A DNA stretch of 64,000 bases from an uncultured Actinomycetota bacterium. GTDB taxonomy: Bacteria; Actinomycetota; Actinomycetes; Actinomycetales; CAVURS01. Below the pieces are notes generated by a model that made no database searches, was not told the DNA's origin, and saw nothing but the letters and a program-made list of their open reading frames with translations. Of the stretch, positions 9,422-17,237 are shown piece after piece; the stretch's first letter is position 1, and each line of letters opens with the position of its first letter. Location: positions 56,097 through 120,096 of the forward strand of contig CAWIBR010000019.1 in NCBI GenBank assembly GCA_963834425.1. The letters are read 5' to 3'. The translations under genes were made by a program, and so were the position numbers.

Positions 9422-10192
9422 TCACGGCATGGAGATGCCACCGTCGACCGGCAGCGTCACCCCCGTGATGTACGACGAGGCGGGGCTGGCCAGGAAGACC
9501 AGGGCAGCGTCCAGCTCGGCCTGGGTCCCGATCCGGCCCAGCGGGGAGTGCGCGGCCAGGTAGCCCTCGACCATCTCGGCCGGGATCTGGTCGGTCATCT
9601 CGCTGGCGAAATAGCCCGGCGCCAACGCGTTGACCCGGATCCCCTTGCGGCCGGACCACTGGTTGGCCAGGTCCCGGGTCAGCCCGATCAGCCCGGCCTT
9701 GCTCGCGGCGTACGCCGCTTGCGGAGCCCAGGACTTGACCAGGCCCAGGACGCTGGCGATGTTGACGATGCTGGCTCCCGGCGTCATGACCCGGGCGCAG
9801 GCCTGCGCCATCCAGTAGGCCCCGAGCAGGTTGACCTCGACCACCCCGCGGAACTCCTCGGGGGTCTCGCGCAGGGCCGGCACCGCCGTCCCGACTCCGG
9901 CGTTGTTGACCAGCACGTCGAGCCGGCCGAGGCGGTCGATCGCGACCTGGGCGAGGGCGGCGCACTGCTCAGGATTGGTGACGTCGGTCTGCACCGCGAC
10001 CGCGCGGCGCCCGGTCGCGACAATCTGGTCGGCGATCGCCTCGACCCGGTCGAGTCGGCGCGCGGCGAGCACCACATCCGCCCCGGCGTCGGCCAACGCC
10101 AGGGCGAAGCCGGAGCCGAGCCCTGAGCTGGCTCCCGTGACGACGGCGACCAGGCCGTCCAGCCGGAAGCGGTCGAGCACATGCTCGGTCAT
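9422..10192 (-). CDS. SDR-family oxidoreductase
   Basis: TGASSGLGSGFALALADAGADV (cofactor-binding motif), NNAG, and the catalytic YAASKAGLIGLT. I prefer the ATG at 10192 (MTEHVLDRF...); an alternative GTG lies at 10228. Confidence 0.85.
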   Translation of the reverse strand: MTEHVLDRFRLDGLVAVVTGASSGLGSGFALALADAGADVVLAARRLDRVEAIADQIVATGRRAVAVQTDVTNPEQCAALAQVAIDRLGRLDVLVNNAGVGTAVPALRETPEEFRGVVEVNLLGAYWMAQACARVMTPGASIVNIASVLGLVKSWAPQAAYAASKAGLIGLTRDLANQWSGRKGIRVNALAPGYFASEMTDQIPAEMVEGYLAAHSPLGRIGTQAELDAALVFLASPASSYITGVTLPVDGGISMP

Positions 10193-10214
10193 CGGAGGCC
10201 AACTCCCTTGTTCC

Positions 10215-10839
10215 TCAACGGTTCTCACCTTTGCGTGACGTGATCGCGTAGCGCTCGTCGACGATCGGGCCGCCCCACAGCCGGGGATCCGGCAGCGGCT
10301 CGACCACCGTCTCGCCGAGACGCTCGTCCGCGCCCAACAGCTGCGCCAGCTCGGCGGCCCGCAGCCCGGCGCCCGTCGACCAGTAGCCCTCGACGAGGAC
10401 CAGGCGCCCGCCTGGGACCAGCAGATCGACCCAGGCCCGCAGGCTGGTCGCCGGGTCGGGGAGCGCCCAGACGACGTGCCGGGCCAGCACCACGTCGTAC
10501 GACGCGGGCGCGAGCACGGGCGCGGAGGCGTCGCCGACGCGCAGGTCGAGGTCGACGCCGAGCCGGCTCGCCTTGTCCGCGGCGGCCTGGATCATCCGCG
10601 GCGAGGCGTCCAGGCCGGTGACCCGGTGCCCCTGCGCCGGCGAGCAGGACGGCGAGCGAGCCCGTGCCGCAGCCGAGGTCGGCGATCCGGGAGCCGGTCG
10701 GCGGGATCAGCCGGGTGAGCAGATCGGCCCAGGCCTGCCGGACCGAGGGATCGCGCAGGCCGTGGTCCGGCTGGTCATCGAAGCGATCGGCCTGCTCGTC
10801 CCAGTAGGCCGCGACCGACGAGCTCATCGGCGCGCTCAT
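10215..10839 (-). pseudogene. class I SAM-dependent methyltransferase, frame-disrupted as sequenced
   Basis: The N-terminal part (...RIADLGCGTGSLAVLLAGAG, SAM motif I) is in track ORF 10225..10839. The rest (HRVTGLDASPRMIQAAADKASRLG...VVLARHVVWALPDP...GGRLVLVEGYW) is in ORF 10215..10595. They join if one C of CCCC 10629-10632 is removed. Confidence 0.75.
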
Positions 10840-10857
10840 CGGCGTCTCATGGCCGGC

Positions 10858-11988
10858 TCAGTCGGCGGCCGGGCCCGAGGCCAGCGCCGCGGTCCACTTC
10901 TCCTCGATCCGGCCGAACCGCCAGACGGCGAGGGCCACCACCCAGGTCAGCACGAACAGCGCGACGATCGCGTAGCCGACGAAGTTGAGGTTCAACGAGC
11001 CGATCGCGGCCAGCGGGCCGCTGGTGATCCCGAACCGGTCGGTCGCGATCGAGACCAGCTCGACGGTGCCGATGATCAAGGCGACGGCAACCGAGAGCCC
11101 GGTGATCGTGATGTTGTAGTAGACCTTGCGGACCGGCTTGGAGAAGGCCCATCCGTAGGCGAAGTTCATGAAGCAGCCGTCGATGCTGTCCAGCAGGCTC
11201 ATGCCGGCCGCGAAGAGGATCGGCAGCGTCATGATGGCGTACCACGGCAAGGCGAACGCCGCGGCGCCGCCGGCCAACACCAGCAGGCTGACCTCGGTCG
11301 CCGTGTCGAAGCCCAGACCGAAGAGCAGGCCGACCGGATACATCTGCCACGGGCGTCGCACCGCACGGGTGGCGCCGCCGAGGATCCGGTTCATGAAGCC
11401 GCGGTTGCTGAGCTGATGATCGAGCTGGGCCTCGTCGTAGTGACCGCCCCGCATCTCCCGGAAGACGCGCAGGATGCCGATCAGCACCACCAGGTTGATG
11501 ATCCCGATCAGGTAGAGGAAGACGCCCGAGACGCTGGTGCCGATCAGCCCAGTGACGTTGTGCAGCGTCGAGGAGTCGTCGGTGACGTCTCCAGCGAGGG
11601 CCCGGACGCCGGCCGCGAGCAGCAGGCACAGCGCGAAGACGATCGAGGAGTGCCCGAGGGAGAACCAGAAGCCGACCGAGAGCGGTCGCTTGCCCTCGCT
11701 CATCAGCTTGCGGGTCGTGTTGTCGATGGCGGCAATGTGGTCGGCGTCGAACGCGTGCCGCATCCCGAGCGTGTACGCCGTCAGCCCGAGCCCGACGCCG
11801 AAGACCTGGGTGCTGTTGATGTGGAAGTTGCGGGGGGCGACGACCCAGATCAGCACGCCCCAGCCGATGACGTGCAGGGCGGTGACGAAGAGCGTCATCC
11901 CCCCGATCGAGGCCCATTCGCCGGGCGTCAGCGAGGCCCGGACCCGCGCGACCCTGCTTGTCGGAGCGGCCAGCGTCGAGACAGCCAT
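10858..11988 (-). CDS. HoxN/HupN/NixA-family (NiCoT) nickel/cobalt transporter
   Basis: Signature RHAFDADHIAAIDNTTRKL and LGFDTATEV, with eight predicted hydrophobic segments. I prefer the ATG at 11988 (after AAGGTGA); an alternative GTG lies at 11994. Confidence 0.88.
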   Translation of the reverse strand: MAVSTLAAPTSRVARVRASLTPGEWASIGGMTLFVTALHVIGWGVLIWVVAPRNFHINSTQVFGVGLGLTAYTLGMRHAFDADHIAAIDNTTRKLMSEGKRPLSVGFWFSLGHSSIVFALCLLLAAGVRALAGDVTDDSSTLHNVTGLIGTSVSGVFLYLIGIINLVVLIGILRVFREMRGGHYDEAQLDHQLSNRGFMNRILGGATRAVRRPWQMYPVGLLFGLGFDTATEVSLLVLAGGAAAFALPWYAIMTLPILFAAGMSLLDSIDGCFMNFAYGWAFSKPVRKVYYNITITGLSVAVALIIGTVELVSIATDRFGITSGPLAAIGSLNLNFVGYAIVALFVLTWVVALAVWRFGRIEEKWTAALASGPAAD

Positions 11989-12056
11989 GCTCACCTTTTT
12001 CGCGGTCGACCCCGGCCTTCGATGACGCTTGGCACGCTAGCGCCGGGTGGGTCTAG

Positions 12057-12073
12057 TTGCAAGAGAGTCGCAA
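12057..12073. promoter_or_regulatory. Nur-box-like site TTGCAA-N5-TCGCAA upstream of the NiCoT gene
   Basis: TTGCAAgagagTCGCAA lies 69-85 nt upstream of the transporter ATG at 11988. It resembles the Streptomyces Nur (nickel Fur-family) box tTGCaa-N5-ttGCAA. Confidence 0.45.
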
Positions 12074-12088
12074 CAAGAGCGGGCGAGG

Positions 12089-12862
12089 CTACGCGCCGTA
12101 CGTCGCCCGCAGCACCGACACGGTCGAGTGCGCCGGGTCACCGTCATCGGCCTGCAGACTGATGTCAACGGCGCTGTAGTGCTTCACGAGATCGCCGCTG
12201 AGCCCGAACGTCGAGGCGCCGGCCGGGTCGACGACACCGACCGGGAGCATCTTGTTGGTCGCGGCGTCGAGCAGCCAGGCGTAGTAGAAGTGACCGGGCC
12301 GCGCAGCCGCCAGCCCCCTGATCCGGATCGTCATGGTGACCTCGCCGGTGCCGGTCATCCGCACCAGGCCAGCAGCCTGGGGCGCCGGGGACGCGACGAC
12401 CGGCTCGAGGCGGGCCTGCTGGGCGGAGGCCGTCGTCACCGGGCGGTGGGTCGATCCTGGCCAGTTCCCTGACGCCGCAACGCCGCCCAGCGCGATAGCG
12501 GCCGCGGACACGGCGGCGATCCCACCCACGAGGACGTCACGTCGGTGCAGCCGAGCGGGCCGACGGACGGGGCCGCCCACCGCACCCTTCGGCTCGATAG
12601 GGGCCAGCACGGGCAGCGGCTCCTCCGGACCCGCAGGTGCCCACGCCTCGTCGACCGGGCTCGAGAGCACCGGGTCGAGGACTCGCCGGGCCGCCGTCAG
12701 GGACGCATGGGCAGCGCTGACCTCGACGAGCAACTGACGGCAACGGGTACAGCCGCGCAGGTGCTCCACGACGACCCGCAGCTGGTCACGGCCGAGCTCT
12801 CCGCTGAGCAGGAGGGCGAGCTCCTCGTCGACGTGGCCATTTCCCTGATTCACCCCGGTCAT
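12089..12862 (-). CDS. rskA: anti-sigma factor, zf-HC2 N-terminus plus RskA-like C-terminal domain
   Basis: Internal ATG of track ORF 12089..13189, overlapping the sigma gene stop in an ATGA junction at 12859-12862. It has HLRGCTRCRQLL (Hx3Cx2C), one TM segment (VLVGGIAAVSAAAIALGGVAA), and a C-terminal GHFYYAWLLD...VDISLQADDGDPAHSTVSVL. Confidence 0.75.
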   Translation of the reverse strand: MTGVNQGNGHVDEELALLLSGELGRDQLRVVVEHLRGCTRCRQLLVEVSAAHASLTAARRVLDPVLSSPVDEAWAPAGPEEPLPVLAPIEPKGAVGGPVRRPARLHRRDVLVGGIAAVSAAAIALGGVAASGNWPGSTHRPVTTASAQQARLEPVVASPAPQAAGLVRMTGTGEVTMTIRIRGLAAARPGHFYYAWLLDAATNKMLPVGVVDPAGASTFGLSGDLVKHYSAVDISLQADDGDPAHSTVSVLRATYGA

Positions 12863-13395
12863 TGCTGCCCACCGTCCTTCACGACGATCTCGGCCAGGCG
12901 ATGCATGCCCCGGGCCATCCGCGCCTTCACGGTCCCGAGCGGTACGCCGAGGCGGGCGGCGATCTCCACCTGGGTCCGGCCGCCGAAGTAGGACAGCTCG
13001 AGCGCCTCCCGCTGGGTTTGCGGCAGTTGGGCGAGCGCCTCGTGCACCTCGGCCGCCCACGCGTGCCGCTCGGCCACCTCCCGCCCGTCGTCGCCGACGA
13101 GCTCGCGCAGGGCCTCGATCGGCACGACAGCCGGCCGGTGTCGCCGGAGGCTGTCGACCGCCCGGTGGTGCGCGATCGTGAACACCCACGTCGACAGCGG
13201 CCGAGCCGGGTCGTACCGGTCGGCGTTGCGCCAGACGTCGAGGAAGGTGCGCTGCAGGACGTCCTCGGCCTCATCCGGCCCGACGTACCGGCGCAGGAAC
13301 GCCAGCACCGGCCGGCCGAAACGGGCATAGCACTCCTCGAGCGCGCCCTCGTCGCCCGCGGCCAGCCGAGCGCCGAGGTCCGTCGCCGTCTCCAC
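12859..13395 (-). CDS. sigK: ECF RNA polymerase sigma factor (SigK-like)
   Basis: Region 2 DVLQRTFLDVWRNADRYD...STWVFTIAHHRAVDSLRR and region 4 REALELSYFGGRTQVEIAARLGVPLGTVKARMARG. GTG start. Co-transcribed with the anti-sigma gene. Confidence 0.8.
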   Translation of the reverse strand: METATDLGARLAAGDEGALEECYARFGRPVLAFLRRYVGPDEAEDVLQRTFLDVWRNADRYDPARPLSTWVFTIAHHRAVDSLRRHRPAVVPIEALRELVGDDGREVAERHAWAAEVHEALAQLPQTQREALELSYFGGRTQVEIAARLGVPLGTVKARMARGMHRLAEIVVKDGGQQ

Positions 13396-13538
13396 ACCTC
13401 TGCTTCGCGATCCAGGTCCGCGCGGTTGCGTCCGGGTCGATGGAGCCTGGCAGCGCTGCGGTGCAACCGCCCGTCGAGATCGCGCCGAAGGCAGATCGAC
13501 CCCGAACCGCGGGGCCGACGACGAAAGGAACCACCGCC

Positions 13539-14196
13539 ATGCACCTTCGTCTCCTGCGACGCCGAGGCGTTGTCACCGCCGGAAGCGCACTGCTCGGGTT
13601 GGGCCTACTGATCCCGGCGCTCGGCGCGGCACCTGCGTCGGCCGCCACGACGCATCGAAGCGGCCACGTCCTCGCCAACCGGGGCCACGCCTGGCCAGCG
13701 GCTGTCCGGCACGACGACCGTGACGACCGCGCCCGGCATCGCCACTGCACTGATCCGCGCCGGCGTCCTGCCCCTGCCGACGCCGGGGACTCGCGCGCGG
13801 CTCGCGTCGTTGGTTCCGCTGACCGTGGCCTACGGCTTCCCGATCACCGGGGGCCAACCCAACCTGTCCGGGCCGAGCGGTGACATCGACCATGCGGGCG
13901 GGGTGAACTTCGTCTCTCGCCGAGCACACCTCGAGGTCGGGCGGTTCGACATCGACCTGGCAGCGGGCAAGATCTTCGCCCGTCAGGTCAACTTCGCCGC
14001 GGCGCGGATCCCGGTCTTCGACCTGGACCTGTCGCACCTCACGGTCGCGACGACCGGCGGGCGCACGGTGCTGTCCGGCATCACCTTGCGGCTGGACCCG
14101 GTCGCTGCGGGCGCCCTGAATGCGACGTTCGGCCTGAAACTGCCGACCGATGGTAGTTTGACCTTCGGTCACGCACAGGTGGCCATCAACAACTGA
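13539..14196 (+). pseudogene. secreted hypothetical protein (signal peptide), frame-disrupted as sequenced
   Basis: The ATG at 13539 follows GAAAGGAA. The signal peptide MHLRLLRRRGVVTAGSALLGLGLLIPALGAAPASAA is in frame 3. The mature part (ATPGQRLSGTTTVTTAPGIATALIRAG...GHAQVAINN) is in frame 1. They join if one G of GGGG 13681-13684 is removed. The gene is divergent from sigK. Confidence 0.55.
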
Positions 14197-14295
14197 GTGT
14201 GCTCGTCAGATCGCACAAACACCCCGGCGGGGTCGTCGGCGAATCTTGGTGGATCACAGCATGTATCGGGACCGGCCCAGCCCCGATGCTTGTTC

Positions 14296-14370
14296 TGTCC
14301 CCGAGCGCGCCCCGGCGTTCGGGGACAACCTGCAACAGACAGCTCCCAGCGTCCGGCTGGGGGCTGTCTG
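14296..14370 (+). terminator. two tandem GC-rich hairpins downstream of the secreted-protein gene (candidate terminators or RNA structure)
   Basis: Hairpin 1: TGTCCCCGA...TCGGGGACA at 14296-14327. Hairpin 2: CAGACAGCTCCCAGC-gtccg-GCTGGGGGCTGTCTG at 14336-14370, a 15-bp stem with one T-G pair. There is no clear U-tract. Confidence 0.4.
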
Positions 14371-14594
14371 CATTTCCGGGGGTTCTCCCACGTTTGCGAC
14401 GCTGTGGCGGCACCGACCACGTTCAATTGATGTTCAATCCCACAAGCAACCGGGATCCGAGCCCCGCTGGTTTTGGCGGATTCTGGCCTGGGCTGGCCCG
14501 GCCGAGTCGACAACTGTGGTGGTGCGCGTTGCCGCGCTAGCGTCGGCACGCCTGACGACGGCTGGACTCGTGCCCGCCGTCCCGCGTCGAAGGA

Positions 14595-15140
14595 GTGTCG
14601 GTCGTGGTGGTGCCGGACGGTTTCGGGCTGGAGCGGCTCAACGCTGCGCCCCAAGACCAGGCGCAGCAGATCTTCCTGGCCTGTTGCTCCTCCCCCCACT
14701 GGGCCCGACAGATGGTGGACGGCCGGCCGTACGCCGATGACGCAGCCGTGTTCGCCGCGGCCGACCGGGCGATGGCCGAGCTGGCCGACACCGACCTCGA
14801 CGACGCACTGGCCGGCCATCCCCGGATCGGGGAGAAGGTGGACCACGACGGCGGGGAGTGGTCGCGCCAGGAGCAATCCGGGATGGCCGCAGCCAGCGAC
14901 GACGTCACGAAGGCCATGGCCGACGGAAACCGTGAGTACGAAAGGACTTTCGGTCACGTTTACCTGGTCAGCGCTGCCGGTCGAAGTGCCCAGGAGATGC
15001 TCGACTTCCTGCGCGAACGGCTGGGCAATGACCGCGTCACCGAGCGGGAGATCGTGCGCACGCAGCTGGCCACGATCAACCGCAACCGGTTGGGCCGGAT
15101 GCTCGACGCGTCGGCGCGGGACCGCGAGGCGGCGCGATGA
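14595..15140 (+). CDS. uraD: 2-oxo-4-hydroxy-4-carboxy-5-ureidoimidazoline (OHCU) decarboxylase
   Basis: LACCSSPHWARQM...ALAGHPRIGEK...EQSGM...YERTFGHVYLV, typical of OHCU decarboxylase. RBS GAAGGAG. 4-nt overlap with uraH. Confidence 0.88.
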   Translation: MSVVVVPDGFGLERLNAAPQDQAQQIFLACCSSPHWARQMVDGRPYADDAAVFAAADRAMAELADTDLDDALAGHPRIGEKVDHDGGEWSRQEQSGMAAASDDVTKAMADGNREYERTFGHVYLVSAAGRSAQEMLDFLRERLGNDRVTEREIVRTQLATINRNRLGRMLDASARDREAAR

Positions 15141-15463
15141 GCAACCTGACGACCCACGTGCTGGACGCCGCGCTGGGGCGCCCGGCGGTCGGCGTACTCG
15201 TCCGGCTCGAAGCGCTGGACGGCACTGAGCTGGTGAGCGGCCGGACCAACGACGACGGCCGGGTCCCTGGGCTGGTCGCCCAGCCGCTCGAGGCCGGCGA
15301 CTACCGGCTGGTCTTCGACACCGGCGGCTATCACCGGGCAACCGGCCAGACCGGCTTCTACCCGGAGGTCGCCATCACCTTCCGGGTCACCGATCCTCAG
15401 CAGCACCATCATGTGCCGCTGCTGCTCGCACCATTCGCCTACTCGACCTATCGCGGGAGCTGA
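15137..15463 (+). CDS. uraH: 5-hydroxyisourate hydrolase (transthyretin-like)
   Basis: LTTHVLDAALGRPA..., ...HHHVPLLLAPFAYSTYRGS C-terminal signature (YRGS). Confidence 0.9.
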   Translation: MSNLTTHVLDAALGRPAVGVLVRLEALDGTELVSGRTNDDGRVPGLVAQPLEAGDYRLVFDTGGYHRATGQTGFYPEVAITFRVTDPQQHHHVPLLLAPFAYSTYRGS

Positions 15464-15469
15464 CCTGTC

Positions 15470-16375
15470 ATGGGCATCGTTCTTGGACCCAACCAGTACG
15501 GCAAGGCGGAGAACCGCGTGGTTCGGATCTACCGCGACACCGAGCGGCACGAGATCCGCGACGTCAACGTCTCGACCTCGCTGCGCGGGGACTTCACCGC
15601 GGCGCACTACACCGGGGACCAGGCCGACGTGCTGCCGACGGACACCCAGAAGCAGACGGCCTACGCCTACGCGAAGGAGAAGGGCATCGCCGAGATCGAG
15701 AACTACGGTCTCGACCTGGCCCGCCACTTCGTCGACGACATCGTGCCGGTGACCGGAGCTCGGATCGAGGTCGAGGAGTACGCCTGGGAGCGGGTCAACG
15801 ACCACAACCACACCTGGGTCAAGAAGGGTCAGGAGACTCGGCGTACGGTCGTGACGGTCGACGGCAAGGGGGCCGACCAGCGCACCTGGATCGTCTCGGG
15901 CTTCAAGGACCTGGTGCTGTTGAAGTCGACCGGCTCGCAGTTCTGGGGCTATCACCAGGACCCCTACACGGTCCTGCAGCCGACGACCGACCGGGTGATG
16001 TCGACCTCGCTGGTGGCCTGGTGGCGTTACACGACAACGGAGGTCGACTTCGACGCCGTCTACGCCGACGTCAAGCGGGTCATGCTGCAGGCCTACGCCG
16101 ACGTCGAGTCGCTCGCGCTGCAGCAGACGCTCTATGAGATGGGCAAGGCGGCACTGGAGGCTCATCCGGAGATCGCCGAGGTCAAGCTGTCGGCGCCGAA
16201 CATCCACCACTTCGTCTACGACCTCTCGCCGTTCGGGCTGGAGAACAACAACGAGGTCTTCCACGCCGACGACCGGCCGTACGGCCTGATCCAGGCGACC
16301 ATCCAGCGCGACGATGCAAGCGCCGCGGACGCCGATGCCGGGCTGGCTTGGTACACCGTCCCGGCGTTCGCCTGA
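15470..16375 (+). CDS. uox: urate oxidase (uricase)
   Basis: YGKAENRVVRIYRD...VLPTDTQKQT...STGSQFWGY..., a tandem T-fold uricase pattern, 301 aa. Confidence 0.9.
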   Translation: MGIVLGPNQYGKAENRVVRIYRDTERHEIRDVNVSTSLRGDFTAAHYTGDQADVLPTDTQKQTAYAYAKEKGIAEIENYGLDLARHFVDDIVPVTGARIEVEEYAWERVNDHNHTWVKKGQETRRTVVTVDGKGADQRTWIVSGFKDLVLLKSTGSQFWGYHQDPYTVLQPTTDRVMSTSLVAWWRYTTTEVDFDAVYADVKRVMLQAYADVESLALQQTLYEMGKAALEAHPEIAEVKLSAPNIHHFVYDLSPFGLENNNEVFHADDRPYGLIQATIQRDDASAADADAGLAWYTVPAFA

Positions 16376-16411
16376 GCAGGACCGAGTGAGACCTCGGTCC
16401 GAGGAGGCACG

Positions 16412-16915
16412 ATGACGACCAGCGATGTCGAGCTGACCCAGCAGGCCGCGGACGAGCACTGGCTGGCCCAGGCGGTCGCCCTGGCCGCGACCAACGTGAT
16501 CGAGGGCGGTGGCCCGTTCGGCGCCGTGATCGTCCTGGACGGGGAGCTGGTGAGCACCGGTGTCAACCGGGTCACCCGCGACATGGACCCCACCGCGCAC
16601 GCGGAGGTCACCGCCATTCGCTCGGCCTGCCGATCCCGCGGAGACTTCACCCTGCCGGGCGGGGTGCTCTACACCTCGTGCGAGCCCTGCCCGTTGTGCA
16701 TGTCCTCCGCGCTCTGGGCGCGGCTGGACCGGGTGGTCTACGCCGCCGACCGCGAGGACGCCGCCCGCGGCGGCTTCGACGACCGGGAGTTCTACGAGCT
16801 GTTTGCCGGGCGCGACCGCGCGACCTGGCCCACGAAGGTCGAAGAGCTCCGCCTGGCCAACGCCGCGGGGCCCTTCGATGCCTGGCTCGGGAAGGCGGAC
16901 CGGGTCGCGTACTAG
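16412..16915 (+). CDS. guaD: guanine deaminase, cytidine/deoxycytidylate-deaminase fold
   Basis: GGGPFGAVIV, HAEVTAIR, and the SCEPCPLCMSA zinc motifs. RBS GAGGAGG. Confidence 0.8.
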   Translation: MTTSDVELTQQAADEHWLAQAVALAATNVIEGGGPFGAVIVLDGELVSTGVNRVTRDMDPTAHAEVTAIRSACRSRGDFTLPGGVLYTSCEPCPLCMSSALWARLDRVVYAADREDAARGGFDDREFYELFAGRDRATWPTKVEELRLANAAGPFDAWLGKADRVAY

Positions 16916-16977
16916 TCCCTCGTACTAGCGCGGCGCGTCCGCGGGGGGCCTGCAGGGGGCGCCCGCCGGAGTCGGGA

Positions 16978-17020
16978 AGCGAAGGTCCGGAGCATCAGGG
17001 GCTCCGGGCCTTCGCTGTTT
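16978..17020 (+). terminator. intrinsic terminator after guaD
   Basis: 16-bp stem AGCGAAGGTCCGGAGC / GCTCCGGGCCTTCGCT (one U-G pair) with a 7-nt loop, followed by GTTTCTGT. Confidence 0.6.
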
Positions 17021-17099
17021 CTGTGGTCCTGTCCAAGCGGCTGAGGACGAAACGCCTTGGTACGCCGCGGGGTTGGCTCTCGCCTGCGGCCCTAGTCCC

Positions 17100-17149
17100 A
17101 TCATTGAGGCAACTACGCGTCAGACCTGACGCAGAGTTGCCTCAATGAT
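17100..17149. repeat. 50-bp compound inverted repeat (15-bp perfect outer arms plus 7-bp inner arms)
   Basis: ATCATTGAGGCAACT-ac-GCGTCAG-ac-CTGACGC-ag-AGTTGCCTCAATGAT. It is relatively AT-rich and sits in the convergent gap between guaD and pucR. Confidence 0.6.
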
Positions 17150-17237
17150 CGCGAACGGCAGAGGTGAGCCGCGAGGGCGACCCAGCCCGGAGCGGGAGCC
17201 CGGCGCCGTACTCAGCGCTCTTGTCTTTGGCCGACAG

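Noticed and set aside
14197-14594. Purine (guanine/xanthine) riboswitch upstream of the urate operon
   Set aside because: I could not find the conserved three-way-junction core or loop-loop motifs by eye. Only generic hairpins are present. The tract is kept as an unexplained structured region in the findings.
17041-17053. CTGAGGA-C-GAAAC resembling the hammerhead ribozyme core
   Set aside because: The two conserved boxes are separated by a single nucleotide, leaving no room for stem II. No stem I/III pairing context was found.
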